Assembly: GCF_006345805.1 (NCBI RefSeq)
Contig: NC_043014.1
Span: 47,492,001 to 47,556,000 of the forward strand
From: Octopus sinensis
Taxonomy: Eukaryota
Length of the DNA stretch: 64,000 bases
Direction of reading: 5' to 3'
Part shown: piece after piece, positions 25,817 through 40,800 of the stretch
Numbering within the stretch: position 1 is the stretch's first letter
Layout: each line of letters starts with the position of its first letter
Notes under the pieces: generated by a model
The model's input: only the letters and a program-made list of their open reading frames with translations
What the model was told of the DNA's origin: nothing
The model's database searches: none
Program-made: the position numbers and the translations under genes

Positions 25817-28800
25817 TTTTTTATTTTTTCTATAAATTCAGTCATGGAAACTTAAGAAATTTATAAATGTGATGGAGAACCGTGTCATATAGTTGTGACT
25901 TCAACTTGTATTAAAACCTTGTTAAATGACACTGTGAAACAGTTACTATTAGGTGCAGGAGTGGCTGTGTGGTAAGTAGCTTGCTTACCAACCACATGGT
26001 TCCGGGTTCAGTCCCACTGTGTGGCACCTTGGGCAAGTGTCTTCTACTATAGCCTCAGGCCAACCAAAGCCTTGTGAGTGGATATGGTAGACGGAAACTG
26101 AAAGAAGCCCATCGTATATATATATATATATATGAATGAATGTGTGTGTTTGTCCCCCCAACATCGCTTGACAACTGATGCTGGTGTGTTTGCGTCCCTG
26201 TAACTTAGCAGTTCAGCAAAAGTGACCGATAGAATAAGTACTAGGCTTACAAAGAATAAGTCTTGGGGTCGATTTGCTCGACTAAAGGCTGTGCTCCAGC
26301 ATGGCCACAGTCAAATCACTGAAATAGTAAAAAAGAGTAAAGAGTCAAGGAAGGCTGTAAATCTTGCAGTCTCAGCCAAGACTTATAAGGCAAGAGACTC
26401 ATGCTGAATATTGAGAACCATAATATAAAGGGAGATAAGTCATTTCTACCTGAATCTCTTCCGAACTCACTTGTACTCAAAGGTGTCTACATAATTCCTC
26501 ACTTACTTATTTATAGTCAATATTCTGAGTTAGCACTTGATCTATTATTATCATTATTAAGGCAGCAAGCTGGCAAAATTGTTACTGCACCAGACAAAAT
26601 ACTTAGCAGCACTTCATCTGTCTTTACAGTCCGAGTTCAAATTCCGTCACGGTTGACTTTGAATTTCATTCTTTAAGGGGTCAATAAAATAAGTACTAGT
26701 TGAACAGTGGGGTTGATGTAATCGACTTACCCCATCCCGCAGATATATACATGACAGGCTTCTTTCAGTTTCCATTTACCAAATCCATTCACAAGGTTTT
26801 GGTTAGCCCGCAGCTATAGTAAAAGACACCTGACCAAGGTGCCATGCAGTGGGACTGAACCCTGAACCATGTGGTTGGGAAGTAAACTTCTTACTACACA
26901 GCCATGCCTGCACCTTTAATTCTCATCCAATTATTCTCAAGTGATACTTGAGGGTTCACTCATGCTCATAGACAACAACAAAAAAAAAACTGACCCATAC
27001 TCAACAATTAGAAACATTCAGCTTTATTAGTGTTAGCCCCAGGATGGGACACTAAACTTTAAAACTTTTGTCTTTTCAGGAAGAAGTCTCGAGATGCTAG
27101 CAGTATGACTACCCTCAATAAACCAAAGAAGTCTCCAGTCAGTGGGTGGAAGTCATTCTTCAGCAAATCTCGGACAAGCAGTGTCAAACAGAAAGTCCGC
27201 AAATCTAGTCTGCAAGGTTCATTGTATGACAGTAAGTATTGCCTTGTTGACCCCTAATTAGGGTTGGTGGTACTTCAAACAACCCTGTCGTTACTACACA
27301 CCCTTATTGTTACGTAAGATGCATAAAGGAGTACAGTTCACATCTGTAAGATGGTGTTGACGTGACACATGTGCATGCATGCATGCATGCACCAGTATAC
27401 TCAAACATGTGGAGGCGCAATGGCCCAGTGGTTAGGGCAGCGGACTCGCGGTCATAGGATCGCGGTTTCAATTCCCAGACCAGGCATTGTGAGTGTTTAT
27501 TGAGCAAAAACACCTAAAGCTCCACGAGGCTCCGGCAGGGGATGGTGGTGATCCCTGCTGTACTCTTTCACCACAACTTTCTCTCACTCTTACTTCCTGT
27601 TTCTGTTGTACCTGTATTTCAAGGGGCCGGCCTTGTCACTCTCTGTGTCACGCTGAATATCCCCGAGAACTACGTTATGGGTACACGTGTCTGTGGAGTG
27701 CTCAGCCACTTACACGTTAATTTCACGAGCAGGCTGTTCCGTTGATTCGGATCAACCGGAACCCTCGTCGTCGTAACCGACGGAGTGCTTCCATACTCAA
27801 ACAGTTCCAAAATAAAGCCAGTCAACTGATAACTGATTCTGTGACCACAGGTTTCAATCACTGACTTATAGACATCATCATCATCATCATCATCATCTTC
27901 GCTTAACGTCCGCTTTCCATGCTAGCATGGGTTGGACGGTTCAACTGGGGTCTGGGAAGCCAGAAGGCTGCACCAGGCTCCAGTCTGATCTGGCGATGTT
28001 TCTATGGCTAGATGCCCTTCCTAATGCCAACCACTCCGTGAGTGTAGTTGGTGCTTTTTACGTGCCACCGGCACAGGGGCCAAAGGTGGCTGGCAAACGG
28101 CCACGATCGGATGGTACGTCTTTTACCATCACCATCACCACCACCACCACCACCATAGCCTCTGTTCCTCTGAAGCTATTTACCTTTTCCATCCAACCCC
28201 CTCCTGTTTCCTACTCCCACTTTCACTCATGCTGTCTGCCACATAACCTAACCCCCTCTCCATCCTCTATCACTCGTGCTGTTTTGCATTCTTCTTCTCT
28301 TTGGCCCCTTACAAATCTTGAAAGCCCTGCAAAACATCCATTAACCCTTGCTCCTTATTTTCCTTAAAATCCTGGCTATTTCCTTAACTCCCTCCACACA
28401 CACACCACACACACAATCTCAATATGATGATGTCTTTGATGACAGCAATGAATGGTGTTGTTTTGTTTTTTTTTTGCAGCCGATGGTGTTAGCAGTGTTT
28501 GTCCAAGCAAGGCCATCACTGAGGAAGATGTACACAATTGGAAAAAGAGACGGTTACGTTGTGCCAAAAGTGCTGAGTCATTGTTATCATTATCTAGTCA
28601 TAAGAACAGTGTTAGCAGTTCAAGCAGTAACCCACGTGGCTTCACTGACCCCGGCATGGTGGTCAACTTGTACACAGGTATCCCATTTTATGTACACTCT
28701 CTTCTTTCACTGACCCTGGCAAATTTGATGTGAATTGATCCAAACTTAGCAAACAGTTCATCTTAGTTTAGTTTAGTACTCTGGCCTTGTGCCTAACTCA

Positions 28801-31800
28801 GAAACGATTATTGTTGTTGTTGGTATAGTGGATTAAGGGATTCTGTAGAGAGATGGATTAACCCTTGAGTGTTCAGATTATTCAATCAAACATAATGCTT
28901 ATTGATTCCCATTGATTTGAATTAATCATGCATTATCTCATATCTTTAAGATCTTGATGGTGTAATTACTTAATGTAGAATAACATTGTAGGGTAGGTGT
29001 GAGAGCCTGGATCTGGTCAGTTTGAACATAAAACAGATTAAATATTTCGGCCGGATATGGCCGGTTTAAATACTAAAGGGTTAAATGACCTCTGGTAATT
29101 TGTTGCATACCTTCAAACTGTGAGTTCAAATCAGCCTCGGTTAACTTTGCTTTCTTGTATTCCCAGGTTGATAAAATAAGGATCAATTAAATGTGCCGAA
29201 ATGATTTCATTAATAGATTGCTTCTCCTAAATTCACGGTGTTTTTTGCCTATGTTTAAGAAACCATTGGATCGACAGAATTGGTAGAATATTTGACAAAA
29301 TGTCTTTCGTTATTATAGTCCTTTGTTCTGGGTTCAAATGCCATCAAAATCAAGTTTACCTTTCATTCTTCTAGGGTCAATAAAATAAAGATATTAACCA
29401 TGTAACGGGGTTGGTTGAACCTAGTTAAACCCCCTTCTAAATTTCTGGCCTTGTGTTTGTTACAATTTTATGTTGTTGTTACTGCTACTACTACTATTAC
29501 TACTACTACTACTACATGCAAATGTAGATCTAAATTAATGGACTTTCTTTTAATTATTGTCCATGTGTTTTAGGTGAAGACCGCAATCGTATTTGGCAAC
29601 ACAAACGTTCGCTGTCCTCTGATGCTACAACTGGACTCCGTCATCACGACTTGCTACCTTTTTATAGTTGTTCTCACAAAGAAGCGACAGCTTCTGCCGT
29701 TGATTTTAGGACATTACCCCAGCATGATGCCAGCAATGAGGGTAAGGAATAACCCTGGACATCTTTACCTGATTGATTGTATTATTTCCGAAGTCACATG
29801 ACCATACCACTACCATCACGCATTCATACAACCATCACTATTTCTACCGTAGCTAATATCACAGCCATCGTATGTCCATACCACCAGCGTATCCTACCTC
29901 TACTATAACTACCATCTACCACCATCACTGGTTCATTCCATCAGCATCACTTGCCTCTATCTACCATTTACTACCGTCACATGCCCATACTACCTCTACC
30001 AATACCATCACCTACCTTTATTCTAGCTACCATTCACTACTATCACATCACATATCCATACCACCACCACCTTCATCTACAGTTACATATCCATACTACC
30101 TACCATCCACATGTCCATACCACTACCATTATCTATGGCAGTCATAGGCAACCTTTGACCTGCATGACTTTCTAAATGGCACACCTAACTACAAATTACC
30201 TTGAACTTTTTTTCTTAGTGCACCTGCCTAGTGATTAGCCGTGTCTCATCAGAAAAGGTTGTCTATGGCTGATCCTTGGTCACATGATCATACCACCACC
30301 ACCACCACCACCCTTTACCTCTACTACAACTTACATGTAACTCTATAACTCTTTCATCTCAGTATATCTGTTCATATTATACTCTCTCCTGCATTGTAAT
30401 AATTTTAAACCTTAAACCGTACTGTGTGACTGTTACACTGTGACATGATATTGTATAGCCATGTTACACTGTAACATGTAGTATTGTATGACAGTATAGC
30501 ATATAGTACTCCTGGTATATCATCATCCTCATCATCGTTTAACGTCCGTTTTCCACGCTAGCACGGGTTGGACGGTTCGACCGGGGTCTGGGAAGCCAGG
30601 GGCTGCACCAGGCTCCAGTCTGATCTGGCAGTGTTTCTACAGCAGGATGCCCTTCCTGACGCCAACCACTCCGCAAGTGTAGTGGGTGCTTTTTACGTGC
30701 CACCGGCACAGGTGCCAGGGGAGTCTGGCATCGGCCACGATCAGTTGGTGCTTTTAACATGCCACCGGCATGGAAGCCAGTCAAGGCGGCACTGGCATCG
30801 GCCACGATCGGTTGGTGCTTTTAACGTGCCACCGGCACGGAAGCCAGTCAAGGCGGCGCTGGCATCGGCCACATTCGGATGGTGCTTTTTATGTGCCACC
30901 GGCACAGAAACCAGTCGGGGCGACGCTGGCATCGGCCACGTTCGGATGGTGCTTTTTATGTGCCACCAGCACAGAAGCCAGTCGAGGCATATATTTATAT
31001 GATCTCACATCATTAAAAAAATGATATTGCCATTTCACCTTATACAGTATCATCTGTGATATACTATGTGCATATCACGTTTTACACCCCGTTGTCATAT
31101 ATTTGAAATAAAACACTGTTCCCTGTTTAAATATCACAGCGAATATGTTGTTATTTCAATCACAACTATTGGTGCTAGTTTGAAAGACCTCTTTTGACCA
31201 TTACAACAGCACTATTCGCTAGTTGCTAGAAAGATCTTTACAGAGCTCTGAAGGGTGTGTTGCTACCTTATATCTTTCGCTTGTTTCAGTCACTGGACCG
31301 TTACTATGCTGGGGCACCACTTTAAAAGGTTTTGGTTGAATAACTTGACCCCAGTACTTATTCTTTTTTAAAGTCTGACACATAGTTCCATCAGTCGCTT
31401 TTACTGAACCACTAAGTTAACAGGGATGTAAGCAAACCAAAACCAGTTGTCAAGCAGTGGTGGGGGACAAATACCCCCCCCCCCACACACACACACATAC
31501 ATACATGATGGGCTTCTTTCAGTTTCCATTTACCAAATCCATTTACAAGGCTTTGGTTGGCTTGTTGGCTATAGTAGAAGACACTTGCCGAAGGTGGGAC
31601 ATGCAATGGGACTGAACCCAGAACCATGTAGTTGGGAAACAAACTTCGTGTCACACTGTCGCACCTGTGCCTATGGAACCCTCCCGTCGTCCCGGTGGGA
31701 AGGTTCTTGTTGTTTTCTTCTCCTGTCTTTATATATCTGTATGAAGGCGCATGGCTCAGTGGTTAGAGCGTCGAGCTTACGATCGTGAGGTTGTGAGCTC

Positions 31801-34800
31801 GAATCCCGGACCGGGCTGTGTGTTGAGTTCTTGAGCAAGGCACTTTATTTCATGTTGCTCCAGTTCACTCGGCTGTAGAAATGAGTTGCGACGTCACGGG
31901 TGCCAAGCTGTATCGACCTTTGCCTTTCCCTTGGATAACACTGGTGGCGTGGAGAGGGGAGGCTGGTATGCATGGGCAACTGCTGGCATTCCATAAACAA
32001 CCTTGCCCGGACTTGTGTCTAGGAGGGTAACTTTCTAGGTGCAATCCCATGGTCATTCATGACCGAAGGGGGTCTTTACCCCCTTTACACTTTATATATC
32101 TGGTTTGTGTGTCATAACTACTGTGTGATTTCATAATGAAATTGCTACAGCTTGGGCTTTTGAAGCAATTTTCACTATTTCCGCTGCTGCTGTCGTTGAT
32201 TTTACCTCTTGTCTCTAATGTTGTGTAATGTTGTCTGTCGTCTTCCTGTGGTGAAACCGCTAAAAACTAAAAAAAGCCACTCGTTTGATGTCTCTGGCTG
32301 ATTCCTCTGTCGTTGCAGATCTTTCATTTGAGTGGCTGCTGATGCTTCAACTTTAACTTGTTCGGTGACTTTTTTTTTTTTTTTTTTTTTTACAATTAGT
32401 TTCTAAAAAAAAAAAAAAAATTATTTTTAAAAACTCTCCCTCACATCTAACGATTTCTTTCTACTGACCCTTTTTGCATCTCGGTTGCCACACTTCATTG
32501 AAACTTACACAATGTTTTGTTACAGTTTAATACATTACAATTGTTATATTTGCTATTGTTATTATTATTATTACCATTATTGTTATTATCATTATTATTA
32601 TTAGCACGTTGAGACAAAATCCTTAGCACCGTTTTCTTCTGGTTCTTTCTGTTCTGAGTTCACATCCCGCTGAGGTCAACTTTCTGCCTTTCACCCTTTC
32701 AGGGTCGATAAAATAAAGTACCAGTCAAGTACTGGGGGGTTGATGTTATCAACTTTTCCCCCTCCCCTCAAAATTGTTGGCCTTGTACCAGAATTAAAAA
32801 GAATTCTTATTAACTTTATTTCTCACATCATATTAATTAACCTGTGGGGTGGAATGGATGGTGGGAGAGATGCAGGAACTGAAGGAAAAGCCATTGATGC
32901 AGCTGTCAACAGACTCTACTTACTGGTTTGTGCACCCCAGTCTAGTTGGGGTCAGCTCCCTAAAGGGTCCAGTAGTTAGTGGAAGCAACAAGTATCCCTT
33001 GATTTACTTTATTCCTTAAAATGAATTTGAAAAAGCTGAACTTTTAACAAATCTAAAATTATTGAAATAATTGAAGATAATTTGTTGTTTGACCCCAGGT
33101 CAGCTCTATTCAATGATGTTCTAATGTAACCATTTTGTTGTTTTGGTTTCTGGGTTTTTTTTTCAGACATAGTGTCTCTAGGGTTACATCATCCAACATA
33201 TATCCCCCTTTTAAGACAATCTAATTTCTTCTGAGAAGATTTGGGTCTTTCTAGCAGGAGAATAACAGTATAGAGTTTTATTTGTTGGTTAGTGAAGACA
33301 ACCTGTTCTTGGGACAGGTTGTATAGGGGTAGATTGTGGCCAGTTAAGTACTTGAAGATGAGAGGTAGATAGTAGCTGGTTGAGTATTTGGTGTCAACTC
33401 TGTTTAGCATAAAGGGGTAGAATGTGGCCAGTTGAGTACTTAAGCTGTAAAAGGAGCCTAAATTTGTTGCATTGTTCAATTAGCTATCTGTCTATAATCA
33501 TCTTGTCTAAGTTTGGTTGATTGTTCCTGGCTTATTTACATGGAGCATGTAGCCTCAGCTTTTGAAATAAATGATTTGGGTAGCCCTGTTCTCACTCTTG
33601 CGAGTTATGGTTCTATGATAACCTAGCCAACACATAGATCCTTTTCTGTGATTATCCAGTAGCTCTCTGTGGGTTGATTTTTCTGAGGTTTGAAGGCTCT
33701 GATTAAGGTGAGACAAACAGGGACATTTAAAATCCCAAAATTATTTTATCCAATATGTGAACCTGTAAAAACCTTCTCCCTATAAAGACAGGTTGTTTAT
33801 GAGGGTCCTTTCAGCTCAATCCCAACGAGTAATTGGTCAACCCTGTTTATGGCAATCTGCATTGCCAAGTATGCTAAACATTACTGATGTGCAAGCTGTA
33901 GGGATTCTGTCTTGTTTGGGATGTGAATCATGTTGTCCAGTCTTCTTATTCACTTGCCAACTTACTGTAGCTAAGAGCTTGTCCTTCTATACAAGTCAGA
34001 TATCATCATCATCATCGTTTAACGTCCGTTTTCCGTGCTAGCACAGGTTGGATGGTTCGACCAGGGTCTGGGAAGCCAGGAGGCTGCACCAGGCTCCAGT
34101 CTGGTCTGGCAGTGTTTCTACAGCTGGATGCCCTTCCTAACGCCAACCACTCTGTGAGTGTAGTGGGTGCTTTTTAAGTGCCACCAGCACAGGTGCCAGG
34201 GGAGTCTGGCAATGACCACGATCGGTTGGTGCTTTTAACGTGCCACCAGCACGGAAGCCAGTCAAGGCGGCGCTGGCATCGGCCACGTTCAGATGGTGCT
34301 TTTTACATGCCACCAGCACAGATATCTGTGATAATTCCTTGTGTACAAAACATTGGGTTACATATTACATGCCTTGTTGGGTGGGGTTACAGAAAGAAGA
34401 GGGCTTAGATTAGATATAGAACTGGTTTATTAGAGACTGACTTATAGATATGTAGAGGGACTGACTGGCCATGGTGTTTGAAATGTTATATATAGTGTGT
34501 AGGACATGGTAGGGGTGGTTGTGAAGGACACGATAGAGGTGGTAGTACAATGTGGAGGGGAACATGGCAAAGAGGTAGTGTTAGGTAGTTGTTGTTGTTG
34601 GCTGTCCACTGTAGGTTGACATCAACTGTTCTTGTTCGGTAATTGTCTCCGGAAGGCTTGTCTGTGAGGCACAAGGCCTGCTCTTGATCTGCAGCAAAGA
34701 TGACATCTACTGCAAGTGAAGTTACTTCACACAACGGAGAAGTGACACCTGCCTCCTCAATGTTTTAGAGGTGGCTAGAATTACGAGCTTCAGCGATTGG

Positions 34801-37800
34801 TACCATTCGTCATTCCACAGCGGCCTTCTCTTCTCAAGTGTCTGAGAAGATGCTGAAGCTCTTCATATATCTCTTCAGAACATCCCTGCATTGTAACCTC
34901 TGACCACCACAGTTCCTCCTGCCCTGACATGGTTCAACATAGAAAACTGCCTTTCGGGAGCCTGCTGCCCTCCGTCCCGCAAACATTTTGTTATAAAGAC
35001 TAGTTAACTAACAGAGGTTCACTGTAGACTAGTTAATAAAGGTAATAACTAATTAATTAACTAATTGACTAATGATGGTTAACAAATTAGCTAGTGCACT
35101 AATTAAGTCAATAACTAATAATTAACTAGTGAACTAATGGAGGGTAAATAAGTGAAGCTGTTTCCGCCGAGGAATGAAACCAATTCACAGATTTGGTTTA
35201 TTGAAAACTTAACACGCTGCACTGACAGCATCATGTCAAATATTATTGATGCTGTTGTTGATGATGATGATGAAGATGATTATGCTGTTGATGAGGATAA
35301 TAGCGATGATAATGCACTCTCTACTAACAAGTAGCATGATGTCTGTCTCACCATTCTGCATGTGTTACACCTTTATTTGGTGTCACACCTTGATTGGTGT
35401 CACACCTCCGTTGGTGTCACAAGAACTTGGAGGAGGAGGAGGAGCAAGGGGAGGAGGGAAAAGGTGATGAATGGGAGGCAGAGTTTTGTTTTGTTTTTTT
35501 TTTGTGTTTTTGGAGTCGGGTATTATTGTTTGCTCTGATTTTAGGCAACGGGCTTGTTACCACATTTGGAAAATTCACACACACACCTCTCTGTCTCTCT
35601 CTCTCTCTCTGTCCCACTTTAGGGCCACTACACACCTTGTTGCTTTGAGTTTCTTCACGTAAAGTGTGCTAAACTAATATACACAATAATATAGAAATAT
35701 ACACCATACGACATATGCAACAATATACACACTGATGTACACAATAGTACAATTATACACACAATAATACAACATACACAATATAATGGTATATAATATA
35801 ATATATAATGGTATATAAGATAATAAGGCGGCGAGCTGGCAGAATCGGTAGCACACCGGGCGAAATGCGTAGCCGTATTTCGTCTGCCGTTATGCTCTGA
35901 GTTCAAATTCCGCCAAGGTCGACTTTGCCTTTCATCCTTTCGGGGTCGATAAATTATGTACCAGTTACGCACTGGGGTCGATGTAATCGACTTAATCCGT
36001 TTGTCTGTCCTTATTTGTCCCCTCTGTGTTTAGCCCCTTGTGGGTAGTAAAGAAATAGGTATATAAAATAATACACATATATACAATGTTACAACAATAC
36101 ACACTAATACAACGACATCTACAGTGGTACACAAAATATAGACAATAATATACACAATCTACACAATAATATGCTCAATGATATACAATAATATACACAG
36201 TAAACACAATTATGTATACACATATTTACTCAGTTAAGATATTGATTTCATGTTGTCTGCAACCGTGTATACATGTGTAAAACGATTTACAAAAATGGGT
36301 CATGTTACCAAACCGTTCAGGCTTACAAGAGGTGGCTGTTGTGATATATACACAAAGCCACACACAGACACACATAAATGGACGGACGGACGCTTGTGGC
36401 TACTGTGGTTTTAGGAGAGGGGCTTTCTCTGTCCGGGTTGTGGATCCGTGGAATAAGCTGCCGGACGAGATAGTGAAGATGCCGACGACCGATCGGTTCA
36501 AAGTCTCCCTTGACCAGAAATGGCCTGAACTCTTTGTATGACCACCCTCCCTGTACATAACTCCATGTCCCCCTACATGGCCTTGATTTTTGCTTTTTGA
36601 GCCAAAAAATTAACTTAACTCAACTTAATCATTTTAGTGGGTTAATATGAAAAATATAAAAATTTGTCTTTTACATATTGGGTTTTCAGATACTTTGATA
36701 GGTTTTGGCCAGTATTAAGCCCAGGCCATGTCTAACTTTATAGCACTACCTGGCCAAAATCATTCAAATCAGGAATCGGACAACATGGTCCACTCAAGGA
36801 GAGAGGTGTGTATATATCCTCTGTAGTGAAGTTAAACCGAGGTGGGTAAAGCGCATATTATTGTTAAGCAAAAAATCTTGATGATGGAAGAAACCCATTA
36901 TTTTTATTATTATTATGACTGGGTTCCAACCCAGGCAGCAGCAACAAAGTCTGCCCACCACACTTCTTGGTCCATCAACACTGGCTCGAGGTCCTGGAAA
37001 CATTCCAGGTCATTGTCTGCGATCCAGGTTTTGCCTCTGTGTGTGTGTGTGCATGTGTGTTTTCTACTTGGCACTCCATTGTTACATGTCTGAAAAAAAG
37101 ATAGATTTTATTCAAATTTCATTAACAATAAACAAAGGTTGCAGAAGAAGAATATTAATGCCTATATATATATGTGTGTGTGCATGTATGTATATATATA
37201 TAAATAAATAAATATAAGAGAGCGACCACTATGTGGTCTACTCTAGTGCTAAAAATAGATCCGCTATGGAATAGCCACTAAAAAAATTGTTCAGGTTTAA
37301 TCTATTTTTTCGTTATTTTTCATTTGCCCCATGTTAAATGTTGTGGTATTTCTACTCGGAGACAATTTTTTAGTGGCTATTCCATAGCGGATCTATTTTT
37401 AGCACTAGAGTAGACCACATAGTGGTCGCTCTCTTATATTTATGTGTAAATTTGGATTGTATCCCTGGTTTTTTATGTGCTAAGCCACTTGGTGTTAAAT
37501 TGATGGTATTATTAAATTAATATCAAATTTTTCACCCTCATTTATGAATTTATATATATATATATATATAAATGGCGGTGCCCCAGCATGGCCACAGCTC
37601 ATAAGCTGAAACTAGAATCAATCAATCAATCAATCAATCAATCATATATATATATATTATATTATATATAGAGGCATTACTGTACATAAATGCCACACAC
37701 TAGAAAGGACTCTGAAAGTCAAAACTACCAAAATAAGAGTCCCTCCTAGTGTGTGGCATTTATGTATAGTAATGCCCTCTATATATAATATATATATATA

Positions 37801-40800
37801 TATATATATCTTACCTCTGCTGGTGACTAAAGGCCTCTCGCTCAGATTAAAAGGCAGACTGTATGATGCGTGTGTACGAACAGCCATGCTACATGGCAGC
37901 GAAACATGGGCTGTGACTGCTGAGGACATGCGTAAGCTCGTGAGGAATGAAGCCAGTATGCTCCGATGGATGTGTAATGTCAGTGTACTACTCGACAGAG
38001 CGTTAGCACCTTGAGAGAAATGTTGTACCTAAGAAGCATCATTGTGGTGTGCAAGAGAGACGATTGCGCTGGTATGGTCATGTGGCGAGAATGGATGAAG
38101 ATGGTGTGTGAAAAGTGCCAATCCCTAGCAGTTGAGGGAACCCGTGGAAGAGGTAGACCCAGGAAAACTTGGACGAGGTGGTGAAGCACGACCTTCGAAC
38201 TTTAGGCCTCACTGAGGAATGACCAGAGACCGAGACCTTTGGAAATATTCTGTACGTGAGAAGACCAGGCAGGACAAGTGAGCCCAGCCCACTTATGAAT
38301 GCCTTTCCTCCCTTGGACACAAAGACCGGTTGAGGCAAGCGAAGTCGATATAGAACCTCATCCGACGACAGACACCATCCCAACCCCCCATGCTTGCGAG
38401 ACATGTTGGGGCAAGCGAAATCGAAATCGAAATCAACCGAATTGAACCAGCCAGGATCCCTGGCCTGGTGGTACGTAAAAAGCACTATCCGACTCGGGGC
38501 CGTGGCACGTAAATACTCCAATGCGACCGTATGACAGGCACCCATGCCAACCCCCTTTGCTTGTGAAGACATGTTGGGGCAAGCGAATCGAAATCGATTG
38601 AACCAGCCAGGATCCCTGGTCTGGTGGTACGAAAAAGCACTATCCGACTCGTGGCCGATGCCAGCACCGCCTCGACTGGCTTCCGTGCCGGTGGCACATA
38701 AAATACACCAATCTGACCGTGGCCGTTGCCAGCCCCGCCTGGCACCTGTGCAGGTGGCACGTAAAAGCACCCACTACACTCACGGAGTGGTTGGCGTTAG
38801 GAAGGGCATCCTAGTAGAAACATTGCCAAATTAGACTGGAGCCTGGTGCAGCCTTCTGGCTTCCCAGAACCCCGGTCGAACCGTCCAACCCATGCTAGCA
38901 TGGAGAACGGACGTTAAACGACAATGATGATGATGATGATATATATATATATAGGTGTGTGTGTGTGTAAGAGAAAAATTGGTGGAATTTTCTCTTATGA
39001 GGTTTTTTTACGCTAACTACTTGATAAATTCTTATAAACATTTTATCCTATTTTAAAATTGTATATATATATGTATGTATGTATATATATATATATATAA
39101 AACAAATGAGAGAAAGAGAAAATGGAATTCAAGAGATTCTTTATTAATCACAACAATCGTGCCAATCCATCTGGATTAGCCGTCTCATGAGTGAGATTCT
39201 GGATAGCTGCAAATGTGTCTCATCAGGTGACTTTTCACGAGGTCCTTCACTCAATAAACTCAGTTTTGCTTGGTTTGATTATAATGCATTTCATTATCTG
39301 CCTGTAGCTGATTGCATACAAGGTTTCTTAGTTTGGATTCCAGGCATATCAGCATACCAAAATCAAGCTGTTTATTGCAACTGTCGAATCAGTGCCATTA
39401 TTAGATGGCAGTGAAATCTGGACACTGACAAAGAAACTATCATCATCGTTTAACGTCCATTCTCCATGCTAGCATGGGTTGGATGGTTCGACCGGGGATC
39501 TGGGAAGCCAGAAGGCTGCACCAGGCTCCAGTCTTATCTGGCAGTGTTTCTACAGCTGGATGCCCTTCCTAACGCCAACCACTCCGTGAGTGTAGTGGGT
39601 GCTTTTTACGTGCCACCCGCACAGGTGCCAGGGGAGGCTGGCAACGGCCATGGTCAGATTGGTGCAATTTACGTGCCACCCGCACAGGTGCCAGGCGAGG
39701 CTGGCAACAGCCACGGTCGGATTGGTGCAATTTACGTGCCACCGGCACAGAAGCCAGTCGAGGCGGCGCTGGCATGGATGCTACACAAGGATTCTACAAA
39801 TGGCCCTAAACGTGAAATGGTAGCAACATGACAAATGAATGCCTTTATGGAAACCTGCCTAAAGTTAACGAGGAGATCAAGCAAAGGTGGATGCGACTGT
39901 CTGGTAACTGTGGCGGCGAGCTGGCAGAAACGTTAGCATGCCGGGCGAAATGCTTTGTGGCATTTCGTCTGCCGTTACATTCTGAGTTCAAATTCCGCCG
40001 AGGTCGACTTTGCCTTTCATCCTTTTGAGGTCAATAAATTAAGTACCAGTTATGCACTGGGGTCGATCTAATCGACTTAATCCATTTGTCTGTCCATATT
40101 TGTCCTCTCTGTGTTTGGCCCCTTGTGGGTAATTTAAGAAATAGGTATTTCGTCTATCGTTACGTTCTGAGTTCAAATTCCGCCGAGGTCGACTTTGCCT
40201 TTCATCCTTTCGAGGTCGATAAATTAAGTACCAGTTATGCACTGGGGTTGATGTAATCGACTTAATCCATTTGTCTGTCCATATTTGTTCTCTCTGTGTT
40301 TGGCCCCTTGTTGGTAGTAAAGAAATAGGTAACTGTGTGTGCCTCCCTGAACTGGAAGCTTCCAAATTAGTTTTTGTTGAATCCACTTCACGATGATGTA
40401 AGAAGAGGGAAACATCGTCACACTTACCTCGGCAACTTGATTGCAGACAATGGCCTGGAAGGTTTCCAGGACCTCGTGGAAGTGTTGATGGACCAAGAAG
40501 TGAAGGCGGCGAGCTGGCAGAAACGTTAGCACGCCGGGCAAAATGCTTAGCAGTATTTCGTCTGCCGTTACGTTCTGAGTTCAAATTCCGTCGAGGTCGA
40601 CTTTGCCTTTCATCCTTTCGGGGTCGATAAATTAAGTACCAGTTATGCACTGGGGTCAATACAATCGACTTAATCTGTTTGTCTGTCCTTGTTTGTCCCC
40701 TCTATGTTTAGCCCCTTGTGGGCAATAAAGAATTAAGAAGTGTGGTGGGCAGACTTTGATGCCACTGCCTGGGTTGGAACCCGGTCATAATAATAAAAAT

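Noticed and set aside
27408-27485. tRNA gene-like sequence (also heads at 31742, 53205, 35827, 61331)
   Set aside because: SINE heads: A/B boxes but no complete cloverleaf, continuing into repeat bodies, several with TSDs
32250-32360. Possible extra exon ([13 protein letters not shown]; or gttgcag|[12 protein letters not shown])
   Set aside because: The first lacks an AG acceptor; the second stops in frame with no good donor. An alternative last exon cannot be excluded without RNA data
33190-34000. Possible old LINE RT fragment on the minus strand
   Set aside because: Too decayed to assign by eye
35423-35463. Purine-rich possible exon
   Set aside because: Weak acceptor and about 40 nt, not frame-preserving
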